64,000 nucleotides of DNA from Thermoproteota archaeon. Lineage in GTDB: Archaea; Thermoproteota; Thermoprotei_A; EX4484-217-1; JAPDJV01. Under the pieces are notes generated by a model, which made no database searches, had not been told where the DNA came from, and saw only the letters and a list, made by a program, of their open reading frames with translations. Where the stretch lies: NCBI GenBank assembly GCA_029258925.1, contig JAPDJV010000009.1, forward strand, positions 3,256 through 67,255, read 5' to 3'. The position numbers and the translations under genes are program-made. Positions 50,488 through 61,625 of the stretch are shown here, in pieces; the first letter of the stretch is position 1, and every line of letters begins with the position of its first letter.

Positions 50488-51732
50488 ATGAAGATGCCTT
50501 GGACAATTAAGCAACCCGAGGTAAATATTGGTGTAGTGGGCCACGTAGATCATGGGAAGACTACGCTTGTCCAAGCATTAACTGGTAAGTGGACAGCTAC
50601 ACATAGTGAAGAACTTAAGAGGGGCATGACTATTAAACTTGGATATGCTGACGGAAATATAGCTATATGCCATAATCACGATCCTCCTGAAGCCTATAGA
50701 ACTGAACCCATCTGCCCTCTATGTGGAGAGGAAACAAAGCTTTTGAGGAGAGTTTCATATGTTGATGCGCCGGGTCATGAAATATTGATGGCGACGATGC
50801 TTTCGGGAGCAGCTATCATGGATGGGGCAATATTAGTGATAGCAGCAAACGAACCGTGTCCCCAGCCCCAGACTAGAGAGCATTTTGCTGCCTTAGATAT
50901 TATAGGAGTCAGGAACATCATAGTTGTTCAAAATAAGGTTGAGGTTGTAGACAGAGAGGGAGCTTTAGAAAATTATAGGCAAATAAAGAATTTTCTAGCT
51001 GGAACTTGGGCTGAGAACGCCCCAATAATCCCCGTGAGCGCACTACATAAGGCAAATGTGGACGTAGTACTCCACGCAATAGAAGAGTACATTCCAACTC
51101 CTCAGAGAGATCTATCTAAGGATCCCCTAATGTTCATAGCGAGAAGCTTCGATGTAAACAGGCCTGGTACGCCTCCCGAAAAACTCGTGGGAGGCGTCAT
51201 TGGGGGAAGTATTTTGCAGGGGGCGTTGAGAGTTGGTGACGAAATTGAAATTCTCCCTGGAATTAGGGTGCAGTTACCGGGAGGGGGCTATAAGTACATT
51301 CCCCTGCATACCGAAGTAGTTAGTTTAAGATTCGGCGACTTGCTCGTGGAGGAGGCAAAGCCTGGTGGGCTTGTAGCTATTGGAACGAAACTTGACCCCT
51401 CTCTTACTAAATCTGATAATTTAGTTGGAAACATTGTTGGAAGACCCGGCAGATTACCAGACGTCATATACGATGTTGAAATAGAATACAATCTATTGGA
51501 GAGAATAGTTGGAACAAAAGAGCTCATAAAGGCTTCTCCTCTAAGGAAAGGTGAGCCTTTGATGCTAACAGTAGGTACAATGATAACGCTCGGCATAGTT
51601 GCAGAGGTTACTAAGGATGTTGTAAGGTTGAAATTAAGAAGGCCTATCGTGGCATTAAGAGATTTTAGAGTAGCCATTAGTAGACAGATCATGGGAAGAT
51701 GGAGACTTGCAGGATGGGGGATAATAAAGTAA
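50488..51732 (+). CDS. eif2g: translation initiation factor aIF2 gamma subunit
   Basis: 414 aa; GHVDHGKTTL, zinc knuckle CPLCGEETKLL, DAPGHE, NKVE G-motifs. Confidence 0.9.
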   Translation: MKMPWTIKQPEVNIGVVGHVDHGKTTLVQALTGKWTATHSEELKRGMTIKLGYADGNIAICHNHDPPEAYRTEPICPLCGEETKLLRRVSYVDAPGHEILMATMLSGAAIMDGAILVIAANEPCPQPQTREHFAALDIIGVRNIIVVQNKVEVVDREGALENYRQIKNFLAGTWAENAPIIPVSALHKANVDVVLHAIEEYIPTPQRDLSKDPLMFIARSFDVNRPGTPPEKLVGGVIGGSILQGALRVGDEIEILPGIRVQLPGGGYKYIPLHTEVVSLRFGDLLVEEAKPGGLVAIGTKLDPSLTKSDNLVGNIVGRPGRLPDVIYDVEIEYNLLERIVGTKELIKASPLRKGEPLMLTVGTMITLGIVAEVTKDVVRLKLRRPIVALRDFRVAISRQIMGRWRLAGWGIIK

Positions 51733-51748
51733 ATTCGCGTTGATGTAA

Positions 51749-52174
51749 ATGTTTTTTATAGGGAACTATGTTCCAGTATTTTTAGACACAAGCATAATAA
51801 TCCATGCAGCTCTATCTGGAATAGATCTTATCGAGGAAATAGCTACAGTCATTCAAAGAAAATGCATTTTTGTCCTATTAACTAACGTTCTTGAAGAGCT
51901 ACACAGTATATTATCTAGATGCTATATTTACAGGCGCAGAGTGATTGAGAAATTCTTAAAATACACAATGCTAAGATCTGCAATAATATGCATTAGATCC
52001 TATCCTAGCGAGACTACTGATGACATAGTTTTAAGGGCTGCTATCACGCTAAAGGGGTATTTAGCCTCAGACGATAAAGAGCTGCGTAGAAGAGCTAAGA
52101 TACTAGGAGTGCCAATAATATTCTTTTCAAGCAAGTATAGGAGGGTTATGGTTATAGGAGGATATGAGATTTAG
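51749..52174 (+). CDS. PIN-domain protein conserved between eif2g and rpoE
   Basis: 141 aa; N-terminal FLDTSIIIHA (PIN Asp) and a later SDD acidic cluster; gene context conserved in archaea. Confidence 0.5.
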   Translation: MFFIGNYVPVFLDTSIIIHAALSGIDLIEEIATVIQRKCIFVLLTNVLEELHSILSRCYIYRRRVIEKFLKYTMLRSAIICIRSYPSETTDDIVLRAAITLKGYLASDDKELRRRAKILGVPIIFFSSKYRRVMVIGGYEI

Positions 52175-52358
52175 GAAATCCCATGATTGATGAAGAACAG
52201 AGGATGAATTACAACATAGAGGCTTTAGCCAGCCTCAAGATATAAATTCTAGAATCCTCCTAAAGTTTTATATTAAGGATTGCAATGTTTTGCTTGGTGC
52301 ATATTAACTTGAACCTAGAAGATGTAGCGTCAGATAAATACCTAGGTGAATAGAGAGT

Positions 52359-52937
52359 ATGTACAAGTTGTATACTATAAGAGATATTGTTAGGATTCCT
52401 CCCGAATACTTTGAAATGCCTTTAAGCGAGGCTGCAGTTAAAGTGTTGAGGAGTAAGTATGAGGGAGTTGTAGATAGGGAGATCGGTTTTATCCTTGCAA
52501 TATATGACGTAAACATCAGCGAAGAGGGAAAAATCATTCCAGGTGATGGAGCTACTTATCATATTTGTGTTTTCAAAGCACTGACCTTCATGCCAATAAT
52601 AAAGGAGGTAGTTGAGGGAGAGGTCGTTGAGATAACTGATTTCGGCGCGTTCATAAATTTAGGTCCTGTTGATGGCCTAGTTCACAAGTCTCAGATAATT
52701 GACGATAAAGTCTTCTACGATAGCAGGAGAGGCGCTCTAATAGGCCAAGAGACCAAGAGGGTTTTAGAGAAAGGAGATACTGTAAGAGCTAGAATAGTCA
52801 CGGTAGGCGTGTCTGCTTCCAATAGGATTATGAGAATTGGCTTAACTATGAGGCAACCGTTCCTAGGCAAAATAGAATGGATTAAAGAGGATCTTGAGAA
52901 ATTAAAGGAGAAAAAGGTGAAGACAGGTGAGGTATAG
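52359..52937 (+). CDS. rpoE: DNA-directed RNA polymerase subunit E' (Rpb7)
   Basis: 192 aa; N-terminal Rpb7 domain plus an S1 domain (GEVVEITDFGAFINLGPVDGLVHKSQI). Confidence 0.85.
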   Translation: MYKLYTIRDIVRIPPEYFEMPLSEAAVKVLRSKYEGVVDREIGFILAIYDVNISEEGKIIPGDGATYHICVFKALTFMPIIKEVVEGEVVEITDFGAFINLGPVDGLVHKSQIIDDKVFYDSRRGALIGQETKRVLEKGDTVRARIVTVGVSASNRIMRIGLTMRQPFLGKIEWIKEDLEKLKEKKVKTGEV

Positions 52938-53139
52938 GAGGAGGAGACTACCTTTTAAGGCATGTAAGAAGTGTAAGATGCTTGTTGACTACGATGTAGA
53001 AAGGTGCCCACGTTGCTCATCAACTAGTTTCTCTGACGACTGGGAGGGTATGGTGATAGTAGTGCGTCCGCAGTCCTCTTCGGCGGCAGAGATCATAGAG
53101 GTGAAGGATTCCGGGAGATTCGCAATAAAGGTTAGATAG
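52927..53139 (+). CDS. spt4: transcription elongation factor Spt4 (RpoE'')
   Basis: 70 aa; zinc ribbon CKKCKMLV...CPRCSS followed by DWEGMVIV. Confidence 0.7.
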   Translation: MRYRRRRLPFKACKKCKMLVDYDVERCPRCSSTSFSDDWEGMVIVVRPQSSSAAEIIEVKDSGRFAIKVR

Positions 53140-53361
53140 GATTGAGATTTTAGTTTTGTTGACGTAGAGAAGATTTATTACGATTTTCCATATTTCTATA
53201 TTTGAATGTTCATGTGGACATGGAAGGCCAGTTAGTGGTAATCACCTCTGCTACAGGATGAGAATATCTGTGGATACACTTCAATGTTCAGGACAAGCAT
53301 TGAGTGAAAGTGGTTGAAATGAAATGTTTAAAGTCATTGCTCTAATAACACGTTAAGTGTA

Positions 53362-53922
53362 GTGAGGAATTTGTGTTTTAAACTGCCTGAAGACTTAAGG
53401 CCGCTTTTATCCAAGCCATTAGGCGTATTAATAGAGGGCCCCCCTGAATACACTATGAGTAATTTAAGGAGAATAATTAGTGAACTTAATCCACCTAAAA
53501 TAATTACAGTAGGTGACATGGTGACATTTAATGCAGTACACAGCGGGATTGATGTGGGCCTGGGTATTATTGACAGAAAGAATTTGAGGAAGAAAATAGC
53601 GTTACCACATGAAATACTTAAAGCATTTAGTCACGTTTTCGTAGCTAGCAATCCACCTGGCATGATAACTTGTGAGGCAATTAGGTACATTAGAGAAGCC
53701 ATTAGAATAGATGATCCCACTCTAATAGTTATTGACGGCGAGGAAGACCTGTTAGTGATTCCATCAATATTAGAATCCTCCACCAATTCGATAATAGTTT
53801 ACGGTCAACCCTATAGGGGGATAGTTCTGATAACAATTACTGAGGAGATAAGAGAAAACTACAAGCAGATTATGAGAAAATTTATTGTGATTCCTTGCAG
53901 AAATCCTATTAAAATATTTTAA
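53362..53922 (+). CDS. DUF359/UPF0218 protein (archaeal GTP-dependent dephospho-CoA kinase family)
   Basis: 186 aa; IITVGDMVTF ... GIIDRK pattern of DUF359. Conserved position between spt4 and rps24e. Confidence 0.5.
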   Translation: MRNLCFKLPEDLRPLLSKPLGVLIEGPPEYTMSNLRRIISELNPPKIITVGDMVTFNAVHSGIDVGLGIIDRKNLRKKIALPHEILKAFSHVFVASNPPGMITCEAIRYIREAIRIDDPTLIVIDGEEDLLVIPSILESSTNSIIVYGQPYRGIVLITITEEIRENYKQIMRKFIVIPCRNPIKIF

Positions 53923-54056
53923 AGGCTCATAGTTTTCCAGAAAAATTAATCGATGCGACAATATTGTAGTAATCATTATTGTTAAATATTCTTAATAATT
54001 ATCTAGAGTAGCTTGAGGAGTGAAGTATTGAATAAACTTATAAAGAAGAACATGAA

Positions 54057-54440
54057 ATGGTACTAGGAGACAGAAGGGTGATATCTGTGATGTCTGAAAG
54101 TAGCGTGGGGCGTTCAATAAAAGTTGACGAAAGTCTCGACCTAAACATCCACACAGACTTCTGGAATCCTTTAGTGAAGAGAAGAGAGCTAACCATAATA
54201 GCTACTCATATTGGAAGAGGGACACCTTCTAGGAGAGAAATTAGGGAGGCTATTTCCAGAGCTTTCAACATAGATCAAAGACTTATTGTTATCAGATCTC
54301 TGCAAACAGAATTTGGAATAGGCAGGTCTAGAATAGAAGTGCACATATACAATGATTACGAGAGACTTAAGATGTACGAACCAGAGTATATCTTGAGGAG
54401 GCACGAAGAGAAAAAGAAGGAGGAAGGTGGAGGCGAATGA
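54057..54440 (+). CDS. rps24e: 30S ribosomal protein S24e
   Basis: [35 protein letters not shown]...[23 protein letters not shown]24e signature with an acidic/Gly tail. Confidence 0.85.
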   Translation: MVLGDRRVISVMSESSVGRSIKVDESLDLNIHTDFWNPLVKRRELTIIATHIGRGTPSRREIREAISRAFNIDQRLIVIRSLQTEFGIGRSRIEVHIYNDYERLKMYEPEYILRRHEEKKKEEGGGE

Positions 54441-54604
54441 TTATGGCTCATGTCCATAAGCTATACGAGTATGATTATGAGAAGGGATATATTAAACTCA
54501 AGAATAAGAAATGTCCAAGATGCGGTAGTGCAATGGCCCATCACAAAGTACCCGTTGAAAGATGGCATTGTGGTAAATGTGGTTACACGGAGTTCATTAA
54601 GTAA
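54437..54604 (+). CDS. rps27ae: 30S ribosomal protein S27ae (zinc ribbon)
   Basis: 55-aa ORF below the ORF-track cutoff: [55 protein letters not shown]. Its ATG overlaps the TGA of rps24e. Confidence 0.8.
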   Translation: MIMAHVHKLYEYDYEKGYIKLKNKKCPRCGSAMAHHKVPVERWHCGKCGYTEFIK

Positions 54605-54664
54605 TTGTTTTAAGATCGCTGTTCTGTCAGACGACGATCTTATAACTCTAGAGAATTCTATAGT

Positions 54665-55702
54665 ATGTTTGAAGAGGAGAAGAGAGGCTTGGAGAAAGAG
54701 ATCATAGTTCTAGGAATAGAGTCCACTGCTCATACATTTGGTTGCGGCATTGCATCCTCTAAAAATAAGATATTGACTAACGTTAAATCAGTCTATAAAC
54801 CTCAAAGGGGAGGAATACATCCCAGAGAAGCTTCCCAACATCACCAGAAAGTTGCTCCCTTTATTGTTAAACGTGCCCTAGATAATGTGGGAATGGATAT
54901 CAGGGAAATCGATGCTGTAGCCGTGGCTTTAGGCCCTGGACTAGGCCCTTGTTTAAGAGTTGGTGCCACCGTAGCCAGGGCCATATCTGTTCATTATAAT
55001 AAGCCCCTTATTCCAGTAAATCATTGCGTTGCACATATAGAAATAGGGAGAGCTATTACGGGTCTCGTGGATCCACTTGTAGTCTATGTGTCAGGAGGCA
55101 ACACTATTATATCAGCATTCGCGGGGGGAAGATATAGAGTTTTCGGCGAAACACTGGATATAGCACTCGGTAACTGCCTAGACACATTCGCGAGGGAAAC
55201 AGGAATTGCACCCCCGTATATTGTTGAGGGATACCATGTAGTGGATTACTGGGCTGAAAGGGGCAAGGAGATTATAGACTTGCCCTACGTAGTTAAGGGG
55301 CAGGATGTATCATACTCTGGGCTACTCACAGCAGCTTTAAGATTATACTCCGAGGATCCTAAGAAGCTCCCTGATATATGTCTAAGCTTCAGGGAACACG
55401 CTTACAATATGATAGTTGAAGTGGCTGAGAGAGCTTTAGCCCATACGGGTAAAAGAGAGCTCTTATTAACCGGAGGCGTAGCTGCAAGCCCTGTACTCAG
55501 AGAAAAGTTAAAGATAATGTGTGCAGACCATAACGCCACGTTTAGGAGTGTACCCTTGGAGTATGCTGGAGATAATGGTGCAATGATAGCGTGGACTGGG
55601 TTATTGACGTACTTAAACGGTGTAGTGATTCCCGTAGAGAAATCTTTCATTAAACAAAGGTGGAGACTGGACGAGGTGGATATTCCATGGCGGAAACAAT
55701 GA
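54665..55702 (+). CDS. kae1: KEOPS subunit Kae1 (tRNA t6A37 threonylcarbamoyladenosine synthase)
   Basis: 345 aa; [15 protein letters not shown] ... metal-binding His pair (NHCVAHIE) ... [15 protein letters not shown]-fold motifs. Confidence 0.9.
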   Translation: MFEEEKRGLEKEIIVLGIESTAHTFGCGIASSKNKILTNVKSVYKPQRGGIHPREASQHHQKVAPFIVKRALDNVGMDIREIDAVAVALGPGLGPCLRVGATVARAISVHYNKPLIPVNHCVAHIEIGRAITGLVDPLVVYVSGGNTIISAFAGGRYRVFGETLDIALGNCLDTFARETGIAPPYIVEGYHVVDYWAERGKEIIDLPYVVKGQDVSYSGLLTAALRLYSEDPKKLPDICLSFREHAYNMIVEVAERALAHTGKRELLLTGGVAASPVLREKLKIMCADHNATFRSVPLEYAGDNGAMIAWTGLLTYLNGVVIPVEKSFIKQRWRLDEVDIPWRKQ

Positions 55703-56346
55703 AGTTGCTAAGTAAGGGAGCTGAAGCGCATCTTTACCTTGGGGAGTTCCTGGGATACAGGGCTGTATTTAAGAGAAGAATTAGGAAGCCATATAGAGAC
55801 TCCAAATTCGACCGGAAGATAAGGATTAAGAGAACGCTGAACGAAGCCAGATTACTCAACGCTGCTGCTATGGCTGGGATAAATGTTCCAGCATTATTCG
55901 ATATAAACTTGAACACAACTACTATAGTATTAGAGTTCATTGATGGGATCCTCTTAAAAGACTATATAATGAATGCGGGAACTGAGAATTCTCTCAGGAT
56001 ACTCTATGAAGTAGGTTTAATCGTGGGCAGGCTTCATAGGAGCGGAATCATTCACGGTGATCTAACTACATCAAACATGATATTGTCTTCAAGTAGTGGT
56101 AGAATATACTTAATTGATTTCGGCCTCGGAGAGAAATCTTGGGAGTTGGAGAATAGGGGTGTAGATCTACACCTATTGCTTAGAGCACTAGAAAGCACAC
56201 ATTATGATATAGCTGAAATGGGTTTTAAGGAAGTTTTAAGGGGATACAGCGATGTGATGGGTATTAATGAAGCCCTGAAAGTGAGATCTAAGATTGATGA
56301 AATAAGGTCTAGAGGTAGATATGTTGTTAAAAGAATCAGGCATTGA
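55699..56346 (+). CDS. bud32: KEOPS subunit Bud32 (atypical RIO-like kinase), unfused to Kae1
   Basis: [15 protein letters not shown] ... K-rich ... [13 protein letters not shown] ... IDFGL kinase motifs. The ATGA start/stop overlap with kae1 suggests translational coupling. Confidence 0.85.
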   Translation: MKLLSKGAEAHLYLGEFLGYRAVFKRRIRKPYRDSKFDRKIRIKRTLNEARLLNAAAMAGINVPALFDINLNTTTIVLEFIDGILLKDYIMNAGTENSLRILYEVGLIVGRLHRSGIIHGDLTTSNMILSSSSGRIYLIDFGLGEKSWELENRGVDLHLLLRALESTHYDIAEMGFKEVLRGYSDVMGINEALKVRSKIDEIRSRGRYVVKRIRH

Positions 56347-56920
56347 AATATGCTTTGTTAGCAGGAATAAGAGAAAGTTTATTGAAGCAAGGGAACTCCT
56401 AAAGGATTACAATATAAATCTAGTTATGACACCTCTAGATGTTAAACTGGAGCTACAGTCAGAAAACTTGGAGGAGATAGCTCTTTACGCAGCCATCTTA
56501 GCTAGAACCATACTTAGAAGAGCCGTAGTGGTCGAAGATACTGGTCTTTATATAAATGCTTTAAAGGGATTTCCAGGTCCATACTCCAGCTATGTATATA
56601 GGACTATAGGCTTGAAAGGTATATTGAAACTCATGGAGGGAGAGCAGGATAGGAGAGCATATTTCAAATCAGTTGTTGTATTGGTCTACAAGAACATTGT
56701 TAAGTGTTTTACAGGAACGTGCTTTGGTAGTATTTCTTACTATATCCGGGGGGTAGGAGGCTTCGGCTTCGACCCCATATTCGTGCCCATGGGAGAGAAA
56801 AGAACGTTTGCTGAAATGAGCATAGAGGAGAAAAACCTGTACTCCCATAGGGGGATAGCTTTCAGGATGTTAGGGGAATGGGTAAGTAAAAATATCAATT
56901 TATTCTATGATAAGACTTAA
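56321..56920 (+). CDS. non-canonical purine NTP pyrophosphatase (Ham1/ITPase/RdgB family)
   Basis: 199 aa; VVEDTGLYINALKGFPGPYS ... GFGFDPIFVP ... NLYSHRGIAFR Ham1 motifs. Confidence 0.8.
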   Translation: MLLKESGIEICFVSRNKRKFIEARELLKDYNINLVMTPLDVKLELQSENLEEIALYAAILARTILRRAVVVEDTGLYINALKGFPGPYSSYVYRTIGLKGILKLMEGEQDRRAYFKSVVVLVYKNIVKCFTGTCFGSISYYIRGVGGFGFDPIFVPMGEKRTFAEMSIEEKNLYSHRGIAFRMLGEWVSKNINLFYDKT

Positions 56921-56959
56921 AAAGTCCTCTCCAGACTAAGAAGTAGTGCTAGTGGGAAG

Positions 56960-57430
56960 GTGAGTGAAGTGAATAAGAAGAGGGATAAGGGCAAATCACA
57001 CTCGATAAGACCTGTAAGAACAGGGCCACCCAGATGGCTGAGATTTGAACCAGAGGATATTGAAGCACTAATTGTAGAATTGGCGAGGAAAGGATACGGG
57101 CCGTCTATGATAGGTGTAATTTTAAGAGATCAATACGGTATTCCCCTAGTGAAGCCTGTACTTGGAAAGAAGATAACCCAAGTCCTCGAAGAGCATGGAC
57201 TAGTGGAGGAAATACCTGAGGATTTGATGAACCTTCTTAAGAGAGCCGTTAATTTGAGAAGACACTTGGAAGAACACCCTAAAGATCTTCACTCGAGAAG
57301 AGGGCTTCAGGAAGTTGAATCGAAAATTAGGAGATTAGTGAAATACTATAAGCGTGTCGGAAAGCTTCCACCTGATTGGAAGTATGATCCTAAGAGAGCT
57401 AGATTGCTTGTCTCATCATCACTATATTGA
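56960..57430 (+). CDS. rps15: 30S ribosomal protein S15 (uS15/S13e)
   Basis: 156 aa; [40 protein letters not shown] ... [15 protein letters not shown] signature. Confidence 0.9.
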   Translation: MSEVNKKRDKGKSHSIRPVRTGPPRWLRFEPEDIEALIVELARKGYGPSMIGVILRDQYGIPLVKPVLGKKITQVLEEHGLVEEIPEDLMNLLKRAVNLRRHLEEHPKDLHSRRGLQEVESKIRRLVKYYKRVGKLPPDWKYDPKRARLLVSSSLY

Positions 57431-57583
57431 ATTCTTAAGAATATTCCTTGCTCTATCTTTATCAAACCGACTCTACTATTGGGAGTAGCTAATATCCTCT
57501 GAGGACTAAGTTAGAGGAATTTACTATCATAAACATTAAAAAGAAATTTAGCAACTTCTAAATCAGTATGGAGGAACACTGTT

Positions 57584-58855
57584 ATGAAGACATTATTGGA
57601 ATCTGTTTCACCTGCCAAGGAGCGAGAATACGAGGCAAAATGCAAGAAGTTTTCCGAAGATTTAGCTCATTATGGGAGCGTGAACATAGTTTGTTTTCCC
57701 AGTTATGAAGCTACTCTTGCAACTAGTATAGTGATATATGTATTGGAAGAAAATAACATACCATTTACCTTGACGGTGACACCTATCTATACTTATGAGG
57801 AATATGTTAATAGTGCAGTGAACATCATCATAGGATGTCCCGTAGTTGAGACCGATCTTAAAAAAGTCCTCTATATAATAGCATCCAATTTAACTAACGT
57901 TCCCCCTAAACCCGGTTTAACAGTGTTCACAGGCATAACAGATCATGATAGTCTACCCTCTATCGCAATGAAAGTGTTGTCTGAGCTATGGATAATTGAG
58001 GACTCTATGCTGACAATACCCTCACTTCTATTTATAGAGAGAATAGAGGAAGATGTTGCAGGCTTCGACGCAGAGATACTTGCTGAAGCAGAGAGAAGGG
58101 GAGTCTTGGAGGGAAAGACCAGCCTAAAATTCTTCTTTTCAGAAAGTCTTCCGGCATATGTTTCTCTATCAAAAACAGTTAGACCATATATTCCAGGTAT
58201 AACGGGGAATGAGAAGAGAGCAATAGAGTTCCTAGAGGATCTAGGAATACACAACTACTCGGATACATTAATTCAGCTCAGCGAGCGGGATCTGTCAGAC
58301 ATAGCTAAAACAATCTACCTAATTCTGAAAGACAAGAGTTTGAGAAGGAGAGGGGTAAATGAAATAATTGGAAAAGTGTATAGACATAAGGAATCCGTGC
58401 TAGAGTATAGTGGGGCAAGGGAGAAGGGGCTTCTCTACTTGTCTATCTTCGGGCGGTTTGGACCCCATGGTCTGGCATACTCCTTTCTATCAAAATATTA
58501 TATCGGAAAAGTACTGGATTTAACGGCTAAAGTGGATAAGATATTGTCAGATATTGTAGAGAAGATATTAGAAAGCGAGATGAGTGAGAAGGAGGGGGTC
58601 TTAGTTGTAGAGGTGGAGGATGAAAGCATTATACCTATTCTGCACATTACTCTAAGAGAGCTAGGCTTGTTGAAAAATGGAATAATTGTTGCATATAGTT
58701 CTGCTCAGGGAATAATTGTACCATATTTCTGCATCCTAGAGGCACTAGACGTAGAGAAGTATACTAAATGTGTTTTGAAAGCGGAAAAATTTTGGAGGGA
58801 ATGGTATCTAGTATTTAATAACGTAAAAGAATTGAAAAAGGTATTATACCAATGA
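57584..58855 (+). CDS. RecJ/Cdc45-like DHH-superfamily protein with degenerate catalytic motifs (RecJdbh/Cdc45 homolog)
   Basis: 423 aa; weak DHH-family layout (TDHDS in place of DHH). Conserved archaeal synteny immediately downstream of rps15. Confidence 0.45.
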   Translation: MKTLLESVSPAKEREYEAKCKKFSEDLAHYGSVNIVCFPSYEATLATSIVIYVLEENNIPFTLTVTPIYTYEEYVNSAVNIIIGCPVVETDLKKVLYIIASNLTNVPPKPGLTVFTGITDHDSLPSIAMKVLSELWIIEDSMLTIPSLLFIERIEEDVAGFDAEILAEAERRGVLEGKTSLKFFFSESLPAYVSLSKTVRPYIPGITGNEKRAIEFLEDLGIHNYSDTLIQLSERDLSDIAKTIYLILKDKSLRRRGVNEIIGKVYRHKESVLEYSGAREKGLLYLSIFGRFGPHGLAYSFLSKYYIGKVLDLTAKVDKILSDIVEKILESEMSEKEGVLVVEVEDESIIPILHITLRELGLLKNGIIVAYSSAQGIIVPYFCILEALDVEKYTKCVLKAEKFWREWYLVFNNVKELKKVLYQ

Positions 58856-59142
58856 AAAGATTTGTAGCTAAACTAAGATTGAAGTGTATAGATGCAAAAA
58901 CAGCTAAAACCATATACACTAGCCTTTATCCGGATAACCTGTGTGTCCCAAAGTACATGGTGATCGAGCAATTCTTGTCCGAAAATACCTACGAAATCCA
59001 CTACGTAATTAAAATACATTACGAAAATGGTGAAGAAGAGAGAAAAATAATGTCTTTAAAGAGTACTTTAGACGATATTCTTTCAAGTGTAAGCTTAGTT
59101 GAGAAAACATTGCTTCAATTAGCTGTTAAGGAGAAAGTTTAG
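58852..59142 (+). CDS. pcc1: KEOPS subunit Pcc1-like protein
   Basis: 96 aa; AKLRLKCIDAKTAKTIYTSLYPDNLCVP and C-terminal LKSTLDDILSSVSLVEKTL align with the Pcc1 pattern (AKIxMEF...AKxVYEAL...L.VP ... LR..VNSYLRWI). Confidence 0.5.
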   Translation: MKRFVAKLRLKCIDAKTAKTIYTSLYPDNLCVPKYMVIEQFLSENTYEIHYVIKIHYENGEEERKIMSLKSTLDDILSSVSLVEKTLLQLAVKEKV

Positions 59143-59479
59143 TTAAAATGAGAAAACGCCGAAAACAACCTCTTTAGACAAAAAGCCCAATGAGGCTGTT
59201 AAATATTTGGCGAGTGTTGGTGCAGTCTAATGAGTGAAATGAACGATTATACACGATGATAATAATCGAAGTTGCTTGGGGTTAATGTTAAAATCATTCA
59301 AAAACGGATATATGAAAGAATATTAGGTGCATTAAAACAGCCTCCGAGTAATGCATGTTGATTAAGTAATTAGGGCACTCCACAAAATACTTAGCAAAAA
59401 TATTAAAATACAGTAGTTCTTATTCTCCTAGAAGATTAGGTTTAAAAACATTTTGAAAAGAAGTAACAAAAATGTTTGA

Positions 59480-59758
59480 TTATTTTGCCTTCGTCTTAAA
59501 TACTAGTATTGCTGCAACGACGGCAACCGTAGTAGCTATTAGTGCTATTATGGGTTGAAACGCGCTAGCTACTCCACCGACGTTGAGAACTCCTCCTATG
59601 ACTGTGTAATATGTTGGAGGTATCAGATCCGGCTGAGCAACTACTGGTATGAGCGGTATTAATGCTAATGAAGCCACCACTATGGCGATCATCGCGAGAA
59701 CTTCCTTTCTTCTCATCTGAATAAAACACCCCTCTTCTCTTAAATTTATATATTCCAA
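59480..59758 (-). CDS. small membrane protein (two predicted TM segments), function unknown
   Basis: 92 aa; hydrophobic stretches LAMIAIVVASLALIPLIPVV and IIALIATTVAVVAAILVF; the start is probably at the internal Met (MRRKEV). Confidence 0.3.
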   Translation of the reverse strand: MEYINLREEGCFIQMRRKEVLAMIAIVVASLALIPLIPVVAQPDLIPPTYYTVIGGVLNVGGVASAFQPIIALIATTVAVVAAILVFKTKAK

Positions 59759-59791
59759 GTATATAAACTCTATGCCAAAAGGGGGAGCTAA

Positions 59792-61516
59792 ATGCTTAGA
59801 AGGATCGAATTTAAATACGTCTTAATGTCAGCAATAATAATACTCACACTCCACTTCCTCTCAATGGTTCTAGGATTACCTGCCATAATAGTGATTGGCC
59901 GTAAAACATTTGTTTACAACTGTAACGAGCTGGCTTACCTAACTTATACTCAGCTAACTGTCTTGGGCAATGTATTAATTATTGCAGCTATGAACCTTAT
60001 TGAAAGAGACAGGTTATCTTCGATAATGCTTCTAGCATACTCCATTCTTCTATATTTCTACTTGGGGGAGCCTGAAACAATAGCGTTAACAACGTTAACG
60101 TTGAACATTATCATAATCTTCATATATGTTAATAAATGGGGTGTAAGATTATTCAAGGAATGTCTAGTATATTTAATATTTGAATTAGTATTATTGGAAT
60201 CCATAGTGTTCGTTACATTAATCTACTCTGCTTTCTCCACTCAATACCTTTCTCTAATTCTACTAGTCTTCGAGAAAAGTATTTACGCGTTGCTCACAGC
60301 ATTACTCCCATTTACGATTATAATGTTATTCCTCAAGTGGATCCCAGAAGTCGTTTCTGCATGGAGGAAGAAGCGCTCTAGGAATATTAGGGGGGAAACT
60401 ATTCTATCTGGATTCAACGCGCTTTTAGCTTCACTGATCATAGCAGAACTACTAATAGTATTACCTTACCTCGCAAATCTGGGAAACCCTATCCCATCAG
60501 TATCCGAGGACACGAAAATCTATGTTCATAGTATAAGCCTAATAGAGGATAAAGGATTTTCCTACTTATTTAAGGGATGGCTTGATCCATCGTTATGGGG
60601 TAAAAGAGAATATTGGGGTGCTCAAAAACCACTTCACATACTCTTCCTTTACATAGTACACAAGTACCTTGGGGTAGACTCTCTTATACTAGTTGATTAT
60701 CTTCACCACGTGATTTTCATCGCAATAATAATTTACCTTATCAGGGAGATCTCAAGGGATTTATTAAGTAGTGAAGTAGGTGATCTAGCATCCTTGCTTA
60801 TTGCATCAGGCTCCATTACTGCAGCATTTAGAGTAGGTGGTTTTCAAGCAAATGAAATGTGCTTAGCTGTACTCCTAGGATACTTCATGATGCTTATTAG
60901 AGTTAACAATATTAGAAACATTTTGATCAGCATATTACTAGGAGTATTATCGTGGTTCATCCATCCATGGTCTGCCACGTTTTTCGTTCTATCGAGTATC
61001 CCATTCACCATTATAATGTATAATATGGAGAAGGATAGACTTAAGTTCTTGAGGAGGATTTTAATAATTCTCCCAGTCCTAGTTACTCCAATAATATCAA
61101 TAATTTACTTTGTAGGACTAAATCGAGCCTCATATGTAATCACCGCGTTTCTAACTAGAGCAATCGGATCTGAAGCTTTGCCTTCAAATATAGTGGATCT
61201 ATGGAGCTTTATGCTGGAGTCTTCGACTATAGCAACTCTCCACTATTGCTGGTCAAGCATGAATATGCCCTTCATCTACATACCACCATTACTGACATCA
61301 TATGATCCTCTAACATTGGCATTAATATCAACGGGTTCAATTCCAGCTTTAATCTCTGGAGCTGCAATATGCTTTCGAATTCTCCTACTAATACCCATAG
61401 AGATCACTGCTGCATCACTCTATATTAGAACAAATAAGCTAGTTCAATTATTAGCAATATTGTCATCGTTAAACATGTCTCTCCAAGTAATAATAAATTC
61501 CACTATAATAACATGA
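59792..61516 (+). CDS. polytopic integral membrane protein (574 aa, more than 10 predicted TM helices), function unknown
   Basis: Long ORF of mostly hydrophobic 20-residue segments with short polar loops; no soluble-domain motifs recognised. Confidence 0.5.
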   Translation: MLRRIEFKYVLMSAIIILTLHFLSMVLGLPAIIVIGRKTFVYNCNELAYLTYTQLTVLGNVLIIAAMNLIERDRLSSIMLLAYSILLYFYLGEPETIALTTLTLNIIIIFIYVNKWGVRLFKECLVYLIFELVLLESIVFVTLIYSAFSTQYLSLILLVFEKSIYALLTALLPFTIIMLFLKWIPEVVSAWRKKRSRNIRGETILSGFNALLASLIIAELLIVLPYLANLGNPIPSVSEDTKIYVHSISLIEDKGFSYLFKGWLDPSLWGKREYWGAQKPLHILFLYIVHKYLGVDSLILVDYLHHVIFIAIIIYLIREISRDLLSSEVGDLASLLIASGSITAAFRVGGFQANEMCLAVLLGYFMMLIRVNNIRNILISILLGVLSWFIHPWSATFFVLSSIPFTIIMYNMEKDRLKFLRRILIILPVLVTPIISIIYFVGLNRASYVITAFLTRAIGSEALPSNIVDLWSFMLESSTIATLHYCWSSMNMPFIYIPPLLTSYDPLTLALISTGSIPALISGAAICFRILLLIPIEITAASLYIRTNKLVQLLAILSSLNMSLQVIINSTIIT

Positions 61517-61625
61517 GTTTTAAAAATACGAATTACTTGAATGAAGTTGGTGCTAGGAAGAGCTGAAAATCAATAATTCTAGGGATAAAGCACTTCCAAG
61601 AGATTTCTGAAGCTTTAAATTGGAA

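Noticed and set aside
54450-54707. 85-aa ORF overlapping rps27ae
   Set aside because: It is an alternative frame over the clearly recognisable 55-aa S27ae zinc-ribbon gene. The S27ae frame carries the conserved CPRCG...CGKCG motif.
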